The notes: generated from the sequence alone by a model not told the origin. DNA of 62,000 nucleotides, filler included, from Choristocarpus tenellus KU-1152 (GCA_964200185.2; 9 parts of 9 records of this genome joined end to end with filler, not necessarily neighbours in it), one strand, 5' to 3'; shown: positions 14,601 to 28,334, counted from the whole stretch's first letter. Translations and numbers: made by a program.

Positions 14601-17210
14601 GTCTTGTGTGCATGTTTGGAGGGGATATCAAGAAGGGGTGCGTATGTGACTCTCCGGGAGGTTCTCGGGTCGCTAGGCACACCTGTCGCCTCTGTAAAAA
14701 CACTGAGTTAGTCTCACCAACTTGGAGAATATCTTTGCACGCTCCATGTGCTTGCTGTGCTCATTGCAGAACCGAGCTACCCTTTCCCCCAATAACCTGT
14801 TTGTCAGTTACAGAGACAGGTGGAATGTGGAACGGTGGTCACTCTGAGTTGTCGTAGAGCAAAAACAAATCGTTTTTTTTTTTCGTATCTCAATCGAAAA
14901 TTATCAATGGGTATGGACACCTATATGTGTCAGCTATAATATTTGGACCAATCAAAGGGTCAATAACTGCAAGTGGATCCACTTGGGCTATCTTTTTCGA
15001 AGTAACACCGTCACACACGTGTATTCAAAAGCATGTGGATTAGTGCTGAGCAGGGCACCTCTTGTCCTAAAGGCGAATCTGACGCAAACACTCAAATCTC
15101 TATGTACTGGCACGTCTTGGCTTGACCAGAAACAGACTACTGTTCAGCAGCACCGGCGTGTACGGTCCACTTCAATCTGGTTCAAATCCCAACACTAATA
15201 TTTAGAGGGGTTACAATGCGCATCAAAAAGCAAGTTTCCTAGGCACAACACTGCTGTGTTTCAATCTGTACTCAACAATGTCCACCAGGTCACTACATCC
15301 AGACTACTAAGACTATTAGTCTTCTGCTAGGGTGAAGTATGAGCCAAATCCATCATGAATGCTTGTCGGGGCTGTCTAACAGTAAGACTTACAGAAAGTG
15401 CACATACATACAGCCACACTAAAAATGCACGGTAACAGGTACCCTAGAGGGGAATCCTCCACTCTGACTGTTGTATTAGCATGCTGGTTCCTCACAAAAG
15501 AGTAAACTGGAACTTGACAAGACTAACACATGCAGCCGAGAGGTTCGAACAGCTCTACAATAATCACGCTTCACTCCATTTTCTGCATTATTTTTTTTTT
15601 CTGCTCTTGGCGTCGATCGAAACACTATTACATAAATTCCCCGTATTGCTGGCAGGATCAAGGCTGAGTATGATGAGCATTTGTAAGGTGGGGGCCATGC
15701 CAGCGTCTTAGTTAGGGTTGTGGTTTAGTGGGTAGTATAGTATGACTGAGAGAGTACCATTGACTATAGGGTTAGGGTTAGGGTTAGGGTTATGTTCAAC
15801 TACTCCTACCGTTCAGCAGTAAATGGCTAGTGTAATACCACTCTACCGAGAGGCTATTTCCAAGTTGGTGGTAAACGAGAAATTGCCAGATAATTAGTCA
15901 ACACCCTGCTGGGCTGTATGCTTAAATGAAAAACATTGGGGCATAACCACTTAGGATTCTGAATTCCACCTGATATCTTTCTTAGTCACACAGCAAACAA
16001 TACCGCACTCTCGAGACACCCCTTAAATGGGTGCAAGGTGAACTACACAGCAGCAGCTTCTCATTCTACAAACAGGATGAGGGTGTGGTATACTGGTGTA
16101 CTCCGTTCATGGGTGAGCAATGCCAGTTACGTTGTGACCTGTCAGTTGCTACAAAACGGACTGTACGGTACTTCGAAGCAATAAATAGCATGATGGCAAG
16201 AAAACAAAAAGTAAATAGCCCTTAAAACCAATCACGTCATGGGGGTAGGGCCTAAAGCCCACATACAGACTGGAATTCGTTAGTAATTGGCGCACTCACA
16301 CGTAAGCTGGTCTCTTGGTACACCCTTCTTTCTCACACCGCTCCAGCTTCATAATTCCCCGCTGTCCATTGACGGATACATCGGAATGACAGTCATTCTT
16401 GGCTTGAGGAGGTTTGACCTTTGTTGTGTGCTCTGCAAGTCTCGCGCGTTTGGAATTGGGTAGACTTGAGTCGCCTGAGACTAGGGTAGGTTGAGGATCA
16501 GCAACACTTGGAGGTGGGGCTGCTGCAGCCAGAGCCCGACCAGCAATGTTGATGGCTTCTGCAAAAGCTGTTGCTGGGATGCCAGCTGTCAGGATTTGGG
16601 AATCGACCTCCCTTACGTCAAGTGATAGTGCATTGCTTGGCTGTTTGACCAAGTGTTCTAAATACTGGGCCACCTCTCCCATCCTGTCAGGAGTGATGTC
16701 AGGATCCCTCAATGTCATGACCTGCGACATCAAAGTCTTGTGTGTGAAGGATGACTGCAGCTCTTGAGCTTCCTGGGACAATTCCACCGAACAGGCAGCC
16801 TTCGCCGATTCTGTACCAGTAGGGAGGGAGACACCCAGACCAAAACGCCCCTCCAGCATTGTATCTATCTTTCTCCATACCTTGGGAACTTTATGGCAGA
16901 CGCAGCGAAGGCTGTCCCCTGGCCAGCTTGGGTGCTCCTCCTTGCATTCACTCACTATTCTCTTCAACCCTACCGAGATCTGTAGGTAAAGGAGAAAAGT
17001 GGAAGGGGGTTCGTCCATATACACCTACCAAAATTATAATTGTCTTCACAAACGTAAAACCATCCAGATCACTGGCTACCCTGTAGCTTATATTGTGGGC
17101 TATACTTCTTCGAAAGAGTGTCCTGGTTTGTACAATTTTGCACTACCTTTCTTACCTACCTCGAGCTTGTAAAGGAAGCATCTCGTACGTTCTGTAGTTA
17201 ACCCCTTCAC
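11631..17210 (-). CDS. EsV-1-7 cysteine-rich repeat protein with a Pro/Ser/His-rich repeated tail (5' end uncertain)
   Basis: Frame-consistent exons at 17210-17160, 16979-16300, 14796-14718, 14168-13902, 12983-12843 and 12128-11631 (stop). The spliced product reads RCEKEGCTKRPAYVLLGERVARFCNEH, CKHEECQNAATYG...WCETH and CLKPTVFANVGEGPTRCTEHREKGMVN, which fit the EsV-1-7 pattern CxxxGCxxxPxF/YG...CxxH...GMV. Confidence 0.75.
11690..12025 (-). repeat. Coding tandem repeat of ~19-20 aa (GHPPPxSTASGGHQPPQxEA)
   Basis: About five degenerate ~60-nt units within the terminal exon. Confidence 0.8.
15766..15792. repeat. Interstitial telomere-type (TTAGGG)n
   Basis: About four tandem TTAGGG units. Confidence 0.85.
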
Positions 17211-17989
17211 CTATTCCAAACTACCGAGCTCTTCCTTTTCCGTTCCCATCATTTCCTTGTCCAGTCCTCGATAAGTCTTGACGATCTTCCATCCCAATCT
17301 ATCACTACCCTGTCCAAACTCATGACACTTACCGCTGTAAGCCTATGAGCAGGAGGAAGATGATAAGACTGTTTACAAATGTAGAAGGTTTTCCGTAACC
17401 ATTCCGCACACTTTTCCTCTATCTGCAGATTTGAACAAATACAGCACGTGGGAGGTGGGAGTTTATCGCTTCCACCAGATAATCCATTTCAGCACAACCA
17501 TTGCAACTAGACTATACACCAATCATAGCACGACATTGCTCGCACTTCGGTCTTCCTACCTCGGTCTTGCTAGATGCATCAGGTGCCCATCCATCGGTCA
17601 GATCGACCACTTCCTGAGGGTGGTCTAACATAGAGGTAAGCCTTGCGCAGAAAGACCTGTATGTCGGTAAAATTGCAAACTCCTCCAGGGTATCCCAGCG
17701 ACAGCTCCAAATTCGTAAATTGTGGGTTGTGCCATGTGTTGATTTGCATATATGTTTACTGCATTGCCCAGGTCTGTCTCTCGGCACAATACACGGGATA
17801 ACATTGTGTGAGAGGTAGAGAACAGTAAACCAGAAGAAAAGGAGTTATAGGATATTATTTTTTTCTTTTTCAATATACAGTACCTACCCCGATTTTGTGC
17901 CCAATATTATGAACCGAATCGAAAAATATGTACTTTTGTACCTCTTTTTTCGACATGCTAAAAAAAATAGGCTTTTGTACCGGAATTCT

Positions 17990-18089
17990 NNNNNNNNNNN
18001 NNNNNNNNNNNNNNNNNNNNNNNNNNNNNNNNNTTAATTAATTAANNNNNNNNNNNNNNNNNNNNNNNNNNNNNNNNNNNNNNNNNNNN
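17990..18089. other. Artificial contig-join spacer (N44-TTAATTAATTAA-N44)
   Basis: The identical 100-bp spacer recurs at 21710-21809, 26580-26679, 29915-30014, 34601-34700, 48447-48546, 53608-53707 and 57718-57817. Its core places stop codons in all six frames. Confidence 0.97.
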
Positions 18090-21000
18090 GGACATCCTAG
18101 TGTAGACCCCCCCCAGATACTTTGACCCTCCACACGGTTGGTTGCATTGAGCTATATGATATTGAACATAATTTTTGCGTATTTAGGGATTGAGATGACA
18201 TTCTTTAAGGTACAGAGCCGTAGAAGTGTCCAACTAATACCGCAAAGTTGGGATATGCCAAGATATGCCTTAAACAAGCACTTCCAGCACAGATATTCAA
18301 GCTTGGTACGAAAGATATCATAAGGGATAGTATGATGAATGAGCACTCTTACCTGCCCAATAGTGTGTTTCTATTAATCTAAACGGAAGCCCTCTACTGC
18401 CTGTGGGATGAATGCTTGCATACAATGATGGTTCCAGGGAATCCAGGGGTCATGCTTCGTCAAGAACAATGAGCGTCGTTTTGTCTTTAATGCAAAATGG
18501 GAGTCTTAATCCACTCGGCTTCCTTGGACTGCCTGCCTTCCACACCTCATTGGCAGGGCTTGCCAGGCTCGCCTGTTCTGCCAACTGGTTTTCCCAAGGT
18601 GCTACCTAGTCCTGGAAACTTATCCCGGAGAATTTTCCTATTTTTATTGCAGGCATCTATACTTTCCCGGCTTGGCGTAGGTCCTACATAGGTGTAACGT
18701 GTGTATCATCAGTTCCGAAGAACCTCCGGGAAATCATACATCACTATAAGCATACTTTAAGCCATACATCCCCAGCTAATACATAGGGCGCATTTGTTCC
18801 TAAGAGGATATGACTGCCCTTAGACCATGACTCACCTGGACTGTAAAGTTAGGCCATTTGGTCCTATCACTGGCTTCCTCGAAGCCCGAGCCGACTAGGA
18901 CGGTAAAATTTGCACTGTCTGCACAAAATGTGTCAACTTCATTGCACCCACCATTCTCCAAGAAGCAAAACCCCACGTCGGGAAGTTTGTATGCCCCCAC
19001 CTTACGATAAGGGTTGACAGTCAGTTGTGACCTAATGCCAAAGTGGACACATCAGGTCATCCTTCAACCTAGAAATATTTATTCGAACGTTTCTGCAACA
19101 CAAAGAAATTCAGTTTCCACCATCAAGATCAACGGCTGGGCCTCTCCTACACCAGGCTTAAGGCCCACCTACCGCAAGAGTGGTCTTGGTAGGAGGGCTT
19201 TCACGCTGCTGGATGGCAACAGCTATGACCCACAATGCGAAGGTAAGCCATCCGAGGACGAGAACTACCCAGATGGCAATAGCCCGTCGCTTGTACTCCT
19301 TCACCACATCATTTGGTGCCCTGCGAGTGCAGGGGTGATGCAGGAAGAGTATCAGTTTATCTTTTCATCACCCATACAAATATCCTCTTCAGAGTTGGGC
19401 GCTGCCTCTCACCACATGACACGCGTGCTCTCACTGTTTCGTCTGACAGGTCTCAAGTGTCACACGGGTTTATAAACTCATCTCCCACCGACAACTCGAC
19501 AGATGGAGAATTTCTGTCAAACCTCAAGAGACAAAGTCGATTGGGTGGTGAAGCTCTTTTCAAACGCTACACTACAACACCCTTACACCTCTTGACCACC
19601 TACCAACATCACGTCTTGTTTGATGGGTCCAGGAAGTCTTTCCTTCCATATATATCCTTCCCAGATCTTTCCTCAGGAAAATATAGCGTGTAGTATCTGA
19701 AGAAATTCTGGTCAAAAATTGAATAAAATATGTAAGACCCGCACTAATGCGGAAAAAAATGAGACATCATGATTTTATATCTTTATTGATATGATATGAT
19801 ATATATTTTGATGTCAATAAAATCGGAGGGGTGATCCTGAAGAACATGGAAGGGGAAAGTTCTTTGGTAAATCGACCCCACCAACCTTAGTGTTTACAAT
19901 AACCCAATGCATGCACACCTCCACACATCCCCTCGAACCAGAACGCCGGATTCCTCCTGTAGAGGTTAGACTTGCGGCCAGCAGATCTCTACGGAGGAGG
20001 AGGCTCTATCCAACAGATACTCGATGACTGGGTGTAGGATTCATAATGTCAACACCCAACACGCTCAAACCTGCCCTAGGGTGAGAGGGCAAGTATACCA
20101 GTACACGCCGATCGTGAAACGCTGCAGTGTAAAAAAGCATGACAGTGGAGGTTCCTCAGGGACTGTGGGGGCTCCCAAAGACAGGGGATTGCCCCTGTGC
20201 ACTACAACACTTGGTCATGAACTCAACCTGACAAATCCAGATGATACCTCACACGATGCATTTCGATAATATATTGTCAAAGCTACCTACTCGTTGCCAC
20301 CAGCAAAAAATACGACCCAATCCCTTTGCCTCTTGCATGGTAGCCCCTTTCATCAGCTGAACCTACAAACTAGCAGATTGAACCTCTTCAAAGCCTACTG
20401 TAGAGTGCCAAGTGAGAAAAGGGGGGGGTTCATAGGATTATTTAATTCAAGACAGAGGTTCGTGAATGCAAGGAGAGCACAATTCATATTGATACAAGTT
20501 GAGCGGTGACAGAGATGAACCTGCACATACATGTAGGTTACGAGTCAGCTATAGGTAACATGCATCCTCTTGTCGTCATTACAAAACCTCTAGCTTTCAT
20601 TTGTTGACTTTCCAATGGTGTATTGTACAAAATACTGATGACCACGTTGCATATTTTGCTATCTTAAGATCGTGTGGAATTAAAATGAATAGCAATACAT
20701 TACAGCTGAAGCCTAAGAAGTTTACAAGAGTGCACTACCGCACATATCAGAGCTCGGAAAAGTTGTTGGTTTGGTAACATTAGTGTGCAGTAGTAGTTCA
20801 GTACCTATACTAAGGAATATAGAAATCCTTGCATGAAATAGTGTCGCTTGGTAACATCTTTAGTGGTACATTATTGGTCCGGAATTATCGTTGCGAGGAA
20901 CGGGAGTCCATAAAATATATGCTTGTACTTTGTGTCATTAGTAGTAATTATTAGTTCGCACTTGTAACTAAAGGAGTGAAATCATGTAGTTCTAGAATAT

Positions 21001-21402
21001 TAAAAACTTACACTTATTAGCACACCATTACTCGATATTTTGTTGAATATCTGACAAAATAACGGTAGATATGCAATATCAATCAACTACTGTAAAGTAT
21101 GTCTTACTCTTATAATTAAAAATAGAAAAATATGTACATACATAATTGTTGGAACATCATGCCCATCACTATAGAAGATAACAAAACCAAATTCACCTCA
21201 GAAAGTAGAAAACTGGAGAAGGATAGGTGTAAGTTTGAATAGGATCAAACATTCGCCAGGACTAACCTGACTCAAGTCCTGTATAGATATTCTTCCATGA
21301 AAGAAACCTTTACCTGAGAAGATGTGTCCATATCTGTCCCCCACAGATATCCCCATCAAGAAACCGTTGGTGTGGGAGATGGACGAAAGAGAGGAGATTT
21401 GA

Positions 21403-21580
21403 GACCCAAAGTATCTGGGGGGGGGGGGGGGTCTACACCAGGGTGTTCATTTGGGCCAATATCAGGAAAAGTGCAGTTACGTTATCCATTTAATGTATGC
21501 AACCAAACCACCTAGAAATCGTGACATCAAAAAATCGACCCTAAATGGACAGCCACCCCCCCTCCCAGATACTTTGAGCC
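21403..21580. mobile_element. MITE family A
   Basis: GACCCAAAGTATCTGGG...CCAGATACTTTGAGCC with a 3-bp TGA duplication. Confidence 0.9.
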
Positions 21581-21627
21581 TGATTCTCAAATAAAGTATC
21601 TCGAGAGAGGAATGAAGGAGAGTCAAA

Positions 21628-21709
21628 GGGTCAAAGTATCTGGGGGGGGGGTGTCGGCGTCCGTTTTTCACGCTTTTTTCGATTTTCACCTTTTTGGTGT
21701 GATTTGGTC
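21628..21709. mobile_element. MITE family C terminus, truncated at the contig end
   Basis: GGGTCAAAGTATCTG(n)TGTCGGCGTCCGTTTT. A reverse-complement match lies at about 48547-48619. Confidence 0.7.
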
Positions 21710-21809
21710 NNNNNNNNNNNNNNNNNNNNNNNNNNNNNNNNNNNNNNNNNNNNTTAATTAATTAANNNNNNNNNNNNNNNNNNNNNNNNNNNNNNNNNNN
21801 NNNNNNNNN

Positions 21810-21895
21810 ATGAAAGTGCCCTTTCCCTGGTTTTGCTCCAAATTGACACTCTGGTATAGCCCCCCCCCCCTCCCCCCCCCCAGATACTTTGGGTC
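21810..21895. mobile_element. MITE family A fragment at a contig start
   Basis: Internal family A sequence ending in CCCAGATACTTTGGGTC. Similar contig- or window-edge fragments occur at about 25-78, 18090-18128, 26489-26579, 53554-53607, 53708-53731 and 61978-62000. Confidence 0.8.
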
Positions 21896-22937
21896 AGTAA
21901 TATATTATAGTATTTTAGTCCTGGAGAAAAAAGAAAGACCATCTTCACCTACAAGTATATGTATACTTGTAGCAAATCTTCTTACTTCTTTGGGTTTTGC
22001 ATTATCTGAATGACATTGCAGTCCAAACTTCCACCCCAAACTAGCAAATGCATGCATGATCCACCTGACCAATCCAAGTTGTTCTGAGGATATGTATCTG
22101 TTCAGATACCTTTGAATGAACCGATAACCTACTAGATACAAATAGTATAGTTCAAACACAATAAAACTGTTTAGATTAAGAGTCAGTGAGAAACATTCTT
22201 TGCTCATCATCGAGGTGGAAACACAATCTTTCAAGGCACAGGACCACAGGAAGAGAAGAAGCGGCCAATCCCTGGTCAAAGCATGACAGTTATGTAGCTA
22301 GATTGTGGTTACCAAAACACAATTTCTTGCTCACTTGGACCAAGACCTTAAACCTTCCTATGAATAATCTATTTTGGATGATGAAAGCCCACTCCCAATC
22401 GTCTCATATTGCTTGGGTTTTGAAGAGGGAACTTGGGGGGTCATGACACTAATGGATATGCCTGCGAGAGGATAGGACGTATGGCGCTCTTGGTATTTTA
22501 ATATTGCAATGCCTGGCGAATTCTCTTGTGAGGAAACTAAGAAAACGTCTAGCTTAGTACTAGGTATTTTACATCTCCATGTAGTCTGGGGCACTTGACA
22601 CGGCAATCCAAACATGATCTACTGTTTTGCGTATGATTCTTTCTATGTCTCAGGCAAGTATATATCAAAGAAAGAGTTGTGTGTGAATGAATCAATCTAG
22701 GTAGCTATCATACTGTAGACCCTAGACTCCTGGTGGACTTAGGGAGGGGCAAAGAAACATGTAATGACAGTTCAATACTGTACGAGTATATCTCCTACAG
22801 CTTTCAGGCATAGCTTGACACAGCCCTGAAAATAGTACTCACAACATCCAACGTGTCTAGTGGGTGCATATTCAAATGGCGTATAATTATTACCATACTA
22901 ATGATGTGTTCTTTGCGTGGTATCATACCTATCCCAG

Positions 22938-25900
22938 ATCCAAAGTCCCAAAGCAGATGGGTCTAAAATGGATCGTGCACATCTCTGTGAGTTCCTTGGG
23001 GAGGTGGATAGCCACTATCTTGACTGGGACCAGCGTTCAGAGTCCTCAGCATGGAGTGGTGTGGCGATTGATGATAAGGACCGTGTGGTTAGCCTAGAGC
23101 TCTCTGTGGGTCACATTTCTGGAAGATTTTCTGATTCGATTGGCAAGATCTCACAGCTGGTTTATCTTCACGCTTCATCCAACAGATTTGTTGGTAAGTT
23201 GCTGCACGTCCTTGGCCAGCATTCTCTCCTTTCATGCCACCATGTTGATGGTTAATGCTCTTGCTTATTTTCTTGAACTTCTTAGCTCCCTATCACAAAC
23301 AAGTGCTGTATGATAATACCTCCGAAGTATTATATCTCATCCACATTACTAAACGCCTCATTCACCACCACAGTATCCCTGTCCCCTTGACCCTATTCCA
23401 TATTCCTCCGGACAATAGGAACTGTCCCTCAGGCTCTTGGTAGTCTCCTCCAACTCAGGTCATTGCGGCTCGACCACAACAACTTCTCAGGGAGGATACC
23501 AGAGTCACTGACTCGTCTCACAAAACTTGAAACCCTCGATATTAGCTCGAACTTTCTCACTGGTACAATTCCAGCCAAAATAGGGACAATGACTGGTCTC
23601 CAGACCCTGAGCCTTGGCCACAATAAGGTGAGTTAGGCACATGCTACAGCCTATTAATCCAAATTGTGTTCATATCACACTCAGGAATATAAACTGTACA
23701 TCCTTCGTTTTCTATACAGCATTTTGGAGTACCTAGAGCTGGGTTTAGAGTAGTTTCCTCTGCTTTTTCTTTGATCGATCTTTTATGTTCCCTCCCACCT
23801 TCTTGTCTCTTGTTGATGATATCTCCAGGTCCAACACTCTGCCAAAAACCAATATTCTGCACAGGTTGTATCTCAGTGAGGCACCCAAAGGTCCCTAACC
23901 CCTTCAATCGGTGTAAATTTTCCTCTTTTTCATTTCTGCAGCTAGTTGGATCCATTCCAAAGGAGCTGGGTGCTATGCGTTCCTTGATCAAATTGTCCTT
24001 GACGGAAAATAAGCTATCCGGGAAAGTCCCGCCCCTGCTAGGAAACCTATCCAAGCTTCATGCCCTCGATGTAACCTCCAACAATCTTCAGGGGTATGCG
24101 CCCCAAAGTCTCGGCTCAATGACTGCCTTGCGAGAGCTGTGGCTAGGGTAGGTGCCACATAACTCTGAATACCCAGGCCTCTTTCCTAGTGCACAATAAC
24201 GAATCGATTGATTGATGACTATATCAAATTTCAACCAGAGGTGTGGACCTATCTATTCCAAGAGATAGGAGAATAGATAGCGACTATATTCCTGGGGGCT
24301 GTACCTACACTATTTGTTAACCTAACCCTGACAAAAATGGTTCACTGAGTATAAAGATCGCTGTATCAGGAGTACAGGAAAACTGTAAAAGTGCTTATAG
24401 AAACCTAATATCAAGACTTGGACAAGTGGTGGGGTGCTTTCCCTCCTGTCAAGGACTTCCATTGACAACTAACATGTTTCAATACATTATGCAGATTTGG
24501 TGTTTCGGGGGAAACTCAGTTCTGTCTTTGCCTTGGATGCTGCACGTCAAGCTCCTCCTCCTATTGACCTTCTATCTGTGACTGACCGTCTTTTTTGAAT
24601 ACTGCAAAGACAGGCGCAACTTGATTGCTGGACCAATTCCGGAGTCCCTCAACAAACTGTCGCTCTTGGAGAGCCTAGACTTGTCTGAGAATAAGGTGCT
24701 GGTGATCCCCTAGATGTCTCTTAAAAACAAACTATACAAAGTTAGGACACAGCACATCATAACCACTACATTTTCATCGCATCAATGTATCCGGACTGCT
24801 GCAAAAATATCAATACAAATAAATTGTGAAAAATCGAGATCCCTGAAATCCATTACGCATACCTCCCTTAAAATGTATTTTTTTCATCCTGTGATGTTCT
24901 GTTCAGTTATCCGGCAATATCCCTCCGAGTTTGTTTGAGGGACTGCCTTTGCTCATATACCTGGATCTTAGCCGCAATACCTTTGGTGGAGAAATACCGA
25001 TATGCATCACCCAGCTTTCCTCTCTGGCGTCTATAAACATCTCACGGAACCACCTATGTGGACCTATACCGAAAAAAATTGGATCATTGGCATCCCTCTG
25101 TAACCTCAACTTGGCATCTAACAAGTTGGAAGGCAGCCTTCCCTGTGACATTGGCAAGTGTGCAGCACTCCGTGTGATCTCTCTGTCCAACAATGAACTC
25201 TCTGGCAAGATCCCTGATAGCATGAAACAACTGCAAGCCTTGCAAGTACTTCGTCTGGATGACAACCATTTCAAAGGAGAGATACCTTCATGGATTGGCG
25301 AACTGGGGATGCTAAAAACAATTCAGCTACAGGTGTGTGTGTATGTGTGTGTATGTGATTGTATGACTGTTTGTGTCATTTTGGTTTTTATTTACTCCTT
25401 ACCGTCCCATGTTAAATCTAATCAGCATGTTACAGGAACATCACAACCTTACTTTCCAGTTGTGCTCCTCAATTTGCCAAATCTTTGCTGTAGACGAAGA
25501 ACTCATCTATCCCTTGCTCGTTAGGATTGTGTAATCATCTAACATTATACCTTAAGAAATCGCCTTTTCAAGCAGTTAAAAGTACTGAATTTCAGTTTTG
25601 AACAATTTCTTCACTGAGGGCTACATTGTGGTTTGCAAGGCAATTCAACTCAGAGATGGCAACTATGACAAGGGCTAATGCCATGGGTAATCTTTTCCTG
25701 CTCCCCTCTTCTTCCATTGGACTAAACAGTGGTCTAGTTCAACAAAAAATTTCGCTTTGGTTTCAGCATGAATTCATCTATCATAGGAATGTACTCTGCA
25801 CCTGTCAAAGAAGATCAAAGCAAAGCAATAAACACAGAATATACAGTTGATTGTTTCTCACGACATATTATCTTCTGTTCATATTGCATGAGGATTGGAG

Positions 25901-26181
25901 GGAGAGATCAACTGAATATAATAAAAATATGAGCACCTGATATTGCTTACACAAACTTGTGCTCAAGAGGTAACACCTCAGTGAAGAATTGATCGAGCAA
26001 GTGGTTACCTATAGCCCTCCCTGATCCAATTCGATCCCTGAGCACCTTTCCAATGTCAACCCAACATATCTGTCATGATTCTCAACAGGGCAACATATTC
26101 TCAAGGGAAGTTCCGCTCTCCATTGGAAAGCTGAATCACCTGTGTGACCTCTTTCTTCGGAATAACAGGCTATCAGGAAGG
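22938..26181 (+). CDS. Leucine-rich repeat protein (24-aa LxxLxLxxNxLSGxIP type), partial
   Basis: Exons at 22938-23193, 23419-23627, 23942-24147, 24614-24695, 24907-25332 and 26089-26181. An N-cap (DRAHLCEF...W...WSGVAIDDKDRVVSLEL) is followed by more than 12 repeats such as LQALQVLRLDDNHFKGEIP. Confidence 0.88.
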
Positions 26182-27242
26182 GTGTGTGGCCTCTTTCATG
26201 CATCGGTCTTGCTCTAGTTGTGATAGGAATATGGTACATATAAATGTTTTTATTTTGTAATGACTGTCCTAAGTAACAGTATCAAATGTGGCAATCCTTC
26301 TTCGTTTGAGGATCTGGCTCGCTTGTTTATGGTGAGAACAACAACTATTGGTTCACCTCAGTTGTTCAATGGCAAGTAGTAAACCATGCCAGTGTCTTTC
26401 GGTACCCACTTCCTCTACGCTCCAAGGTAAAAAAAATGTTCTTCTAAGCAGCTGATGAAAAAAATCAGAACGTTGAGATTGTTATGTGGGGTCAAAGTAT
26501 CTGGGGGGGAAAGGGGGGTCTACAACAGGGTGTCCATCCAGGCCCTGGCCAGGAGAAGTGAACTTACATTATCCATCCANNNNNNNNNNNNNNNNNNNNN
26601 NNNNNNNNNNNNNNNNNNNNNNNTTAATTAATTAANNNNNNNNNNNNNNNNNNNNNNNNNNNNNNNNNNNNNNNNNNNNTGAGTCATTAAGTGTAAGGAC
26701 TGGTGAGCCCCACCTAGTGAAGGTATCTCACTCTCTTCTTAACTGTGGTACAAGTTAATAAACAATAATATAACTAGTTGTGTGGGACAACAGATCGCCA
26801 ATGACAGCTTAATAATGATATGTTTATCAGGGAATGAGTTGTTTCACTCGGTGTGTGCAATGGGGGGGGTCAATGGCTGTTCAGCTGCATTTCACATACG
26901 GAGCGTTCTTAATACCGTATACTGGGTTGTTTTCACTGACATGCTTGGAAATGTACTCCACTTAAATCTTTAGTGTACCCCCTCTTGTGGTCCTTCCACA
27001 CACTGCACATAACACTCTCGAGCTCATCAGTTCCTGGTGGAAGAGTGGTGAGGTCGACGAGAGAAGGAGTTGTGTCATTAGATTACAATACAACGGCCGT
27101 TCAAGCCCACCAGAATACAAAAGAGAAATGATTAATATCTGATGACATGAACAAACACTCGAGAATTAATGGTCGAAAATTGCACCTTCATCTGGACAAA
27201 TCTGCGTCAGAGACGCATTGGCGTTGTAGAATTCACCCGCCT

Positions 27243-28334
27243 TGCCAGGGCTGGCATTCTTGAGACCACTCTCTGAGTTCATATCGACCCATGCCTCCTT
27301 CAAAAATGTCATGATCTTGGCAGCAACAGCTTTCCTCGCTGCTAACTTGAACGCAGCATCGCTATCCCTCGAGTCAATTTTTCCCAGAGAGTACTGGTTT
27401 ACACTACACAGCCCGACCAGCGCCTTTCACCTCCTCCTGTTGGTATCGCTGCTCAGGTTCGATGGAGTGCATGGGACGACCTCAGCCCTTCCGAATTCTC
27501 TCCAGAAGTCCTTCATAGCCCGCAACCAGGACATCATCCTGGGGAATATGTCCACCATATTGGGGACGTGGGATCTGCTTGAAATCACACCTCCTCCCTA
27601 TCGCTTTAAATCGAGGTAGATAAGGAACGTGAAAGCTTCTACATGACCAGCTCTGGATTTCTATCGCAGGTATTCAACGAAGATCTGCTCGACAAGGACA
27701 GAGTCACCTAAATGCTCAAGGACCTTGCGAGGGATCCCATAGAGGGTTCCAATGGGAGCACAGAGACAAAGACCGGGCACTAACCAAGGACGGTCAAGAC
27801 CTGGTCCGTTCCCTGTTTTGGATCCCCTCAGATCCCTCATAGGTCCTTGAGCATTGAGGCGACTCTTACATTATCCAGCAGAGTTGCATTGAATACCTGC
27901 GATAGAAATCCAGAGCTGGTCATGTAGAAGGTTTCGCGTTCCTTATCCACCTCAATTTAAAGCAATAGGGAGAAGGTGAAGTCCATCTCTATCGGAGATG
28001 GCGCGATTTCAAGCGGATCCCACGTCTCCATTATGGTGGACATATTCCTCAGGATGGTATACCGGTTGCGGGCTATGAAGGACTTCTGGACAGAATTCGG
28101 AAGGGCTGAGGTCGTCCCATGCACTCCACCGGACCTGAGCAACAACAGGAAGAGGCCGAAGGCACTGGTCAGGCTTTGTAAACCAGTACTCTCTGGGAAA
28201 AATTGACTTGAGGGATAGCGATGCAGAGTTCAAGATAGCAGCGAGGAAAGCTGTTGCCAAGATCATGGCATTTTTGAAGGAGGCATGGGTTGACACCAAC
28301 TTGGAGAGTGGTCTCAATAATGCCAGCCCTGGCA
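27243..28334. repeat. Long imperfect inverted repeat (~540-bp arms, short loop) derived from an ORF
   Basis: 27243-~27778 is the reverse complement of ~27800-28334. ORFs 27242..27619(+) and 28009..28476(-) encode near-identical peptides (PGLAxLRPLS...IFPREYWFT). Confidence 0.92.

Noticed and set aside
17160-17333. Apparent in-frame TAG suggesting a pseudogene or recoding
   Set aside because: The TAG at 17213-17211 is better explained as the splice acceptor of the 51-nt exon.
18034-18045. Recurrent TTAATTAATTAA palindrome as a biological motif
   Set aside because: It is always centred in a 100-bp N block, so it is an artificial linker.
18130-20300. Coding-like region with several short ORFs
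   Set aside because: All frames are broken and no motif is recognisable. It is probably an old TE relic but cannot be assigned.
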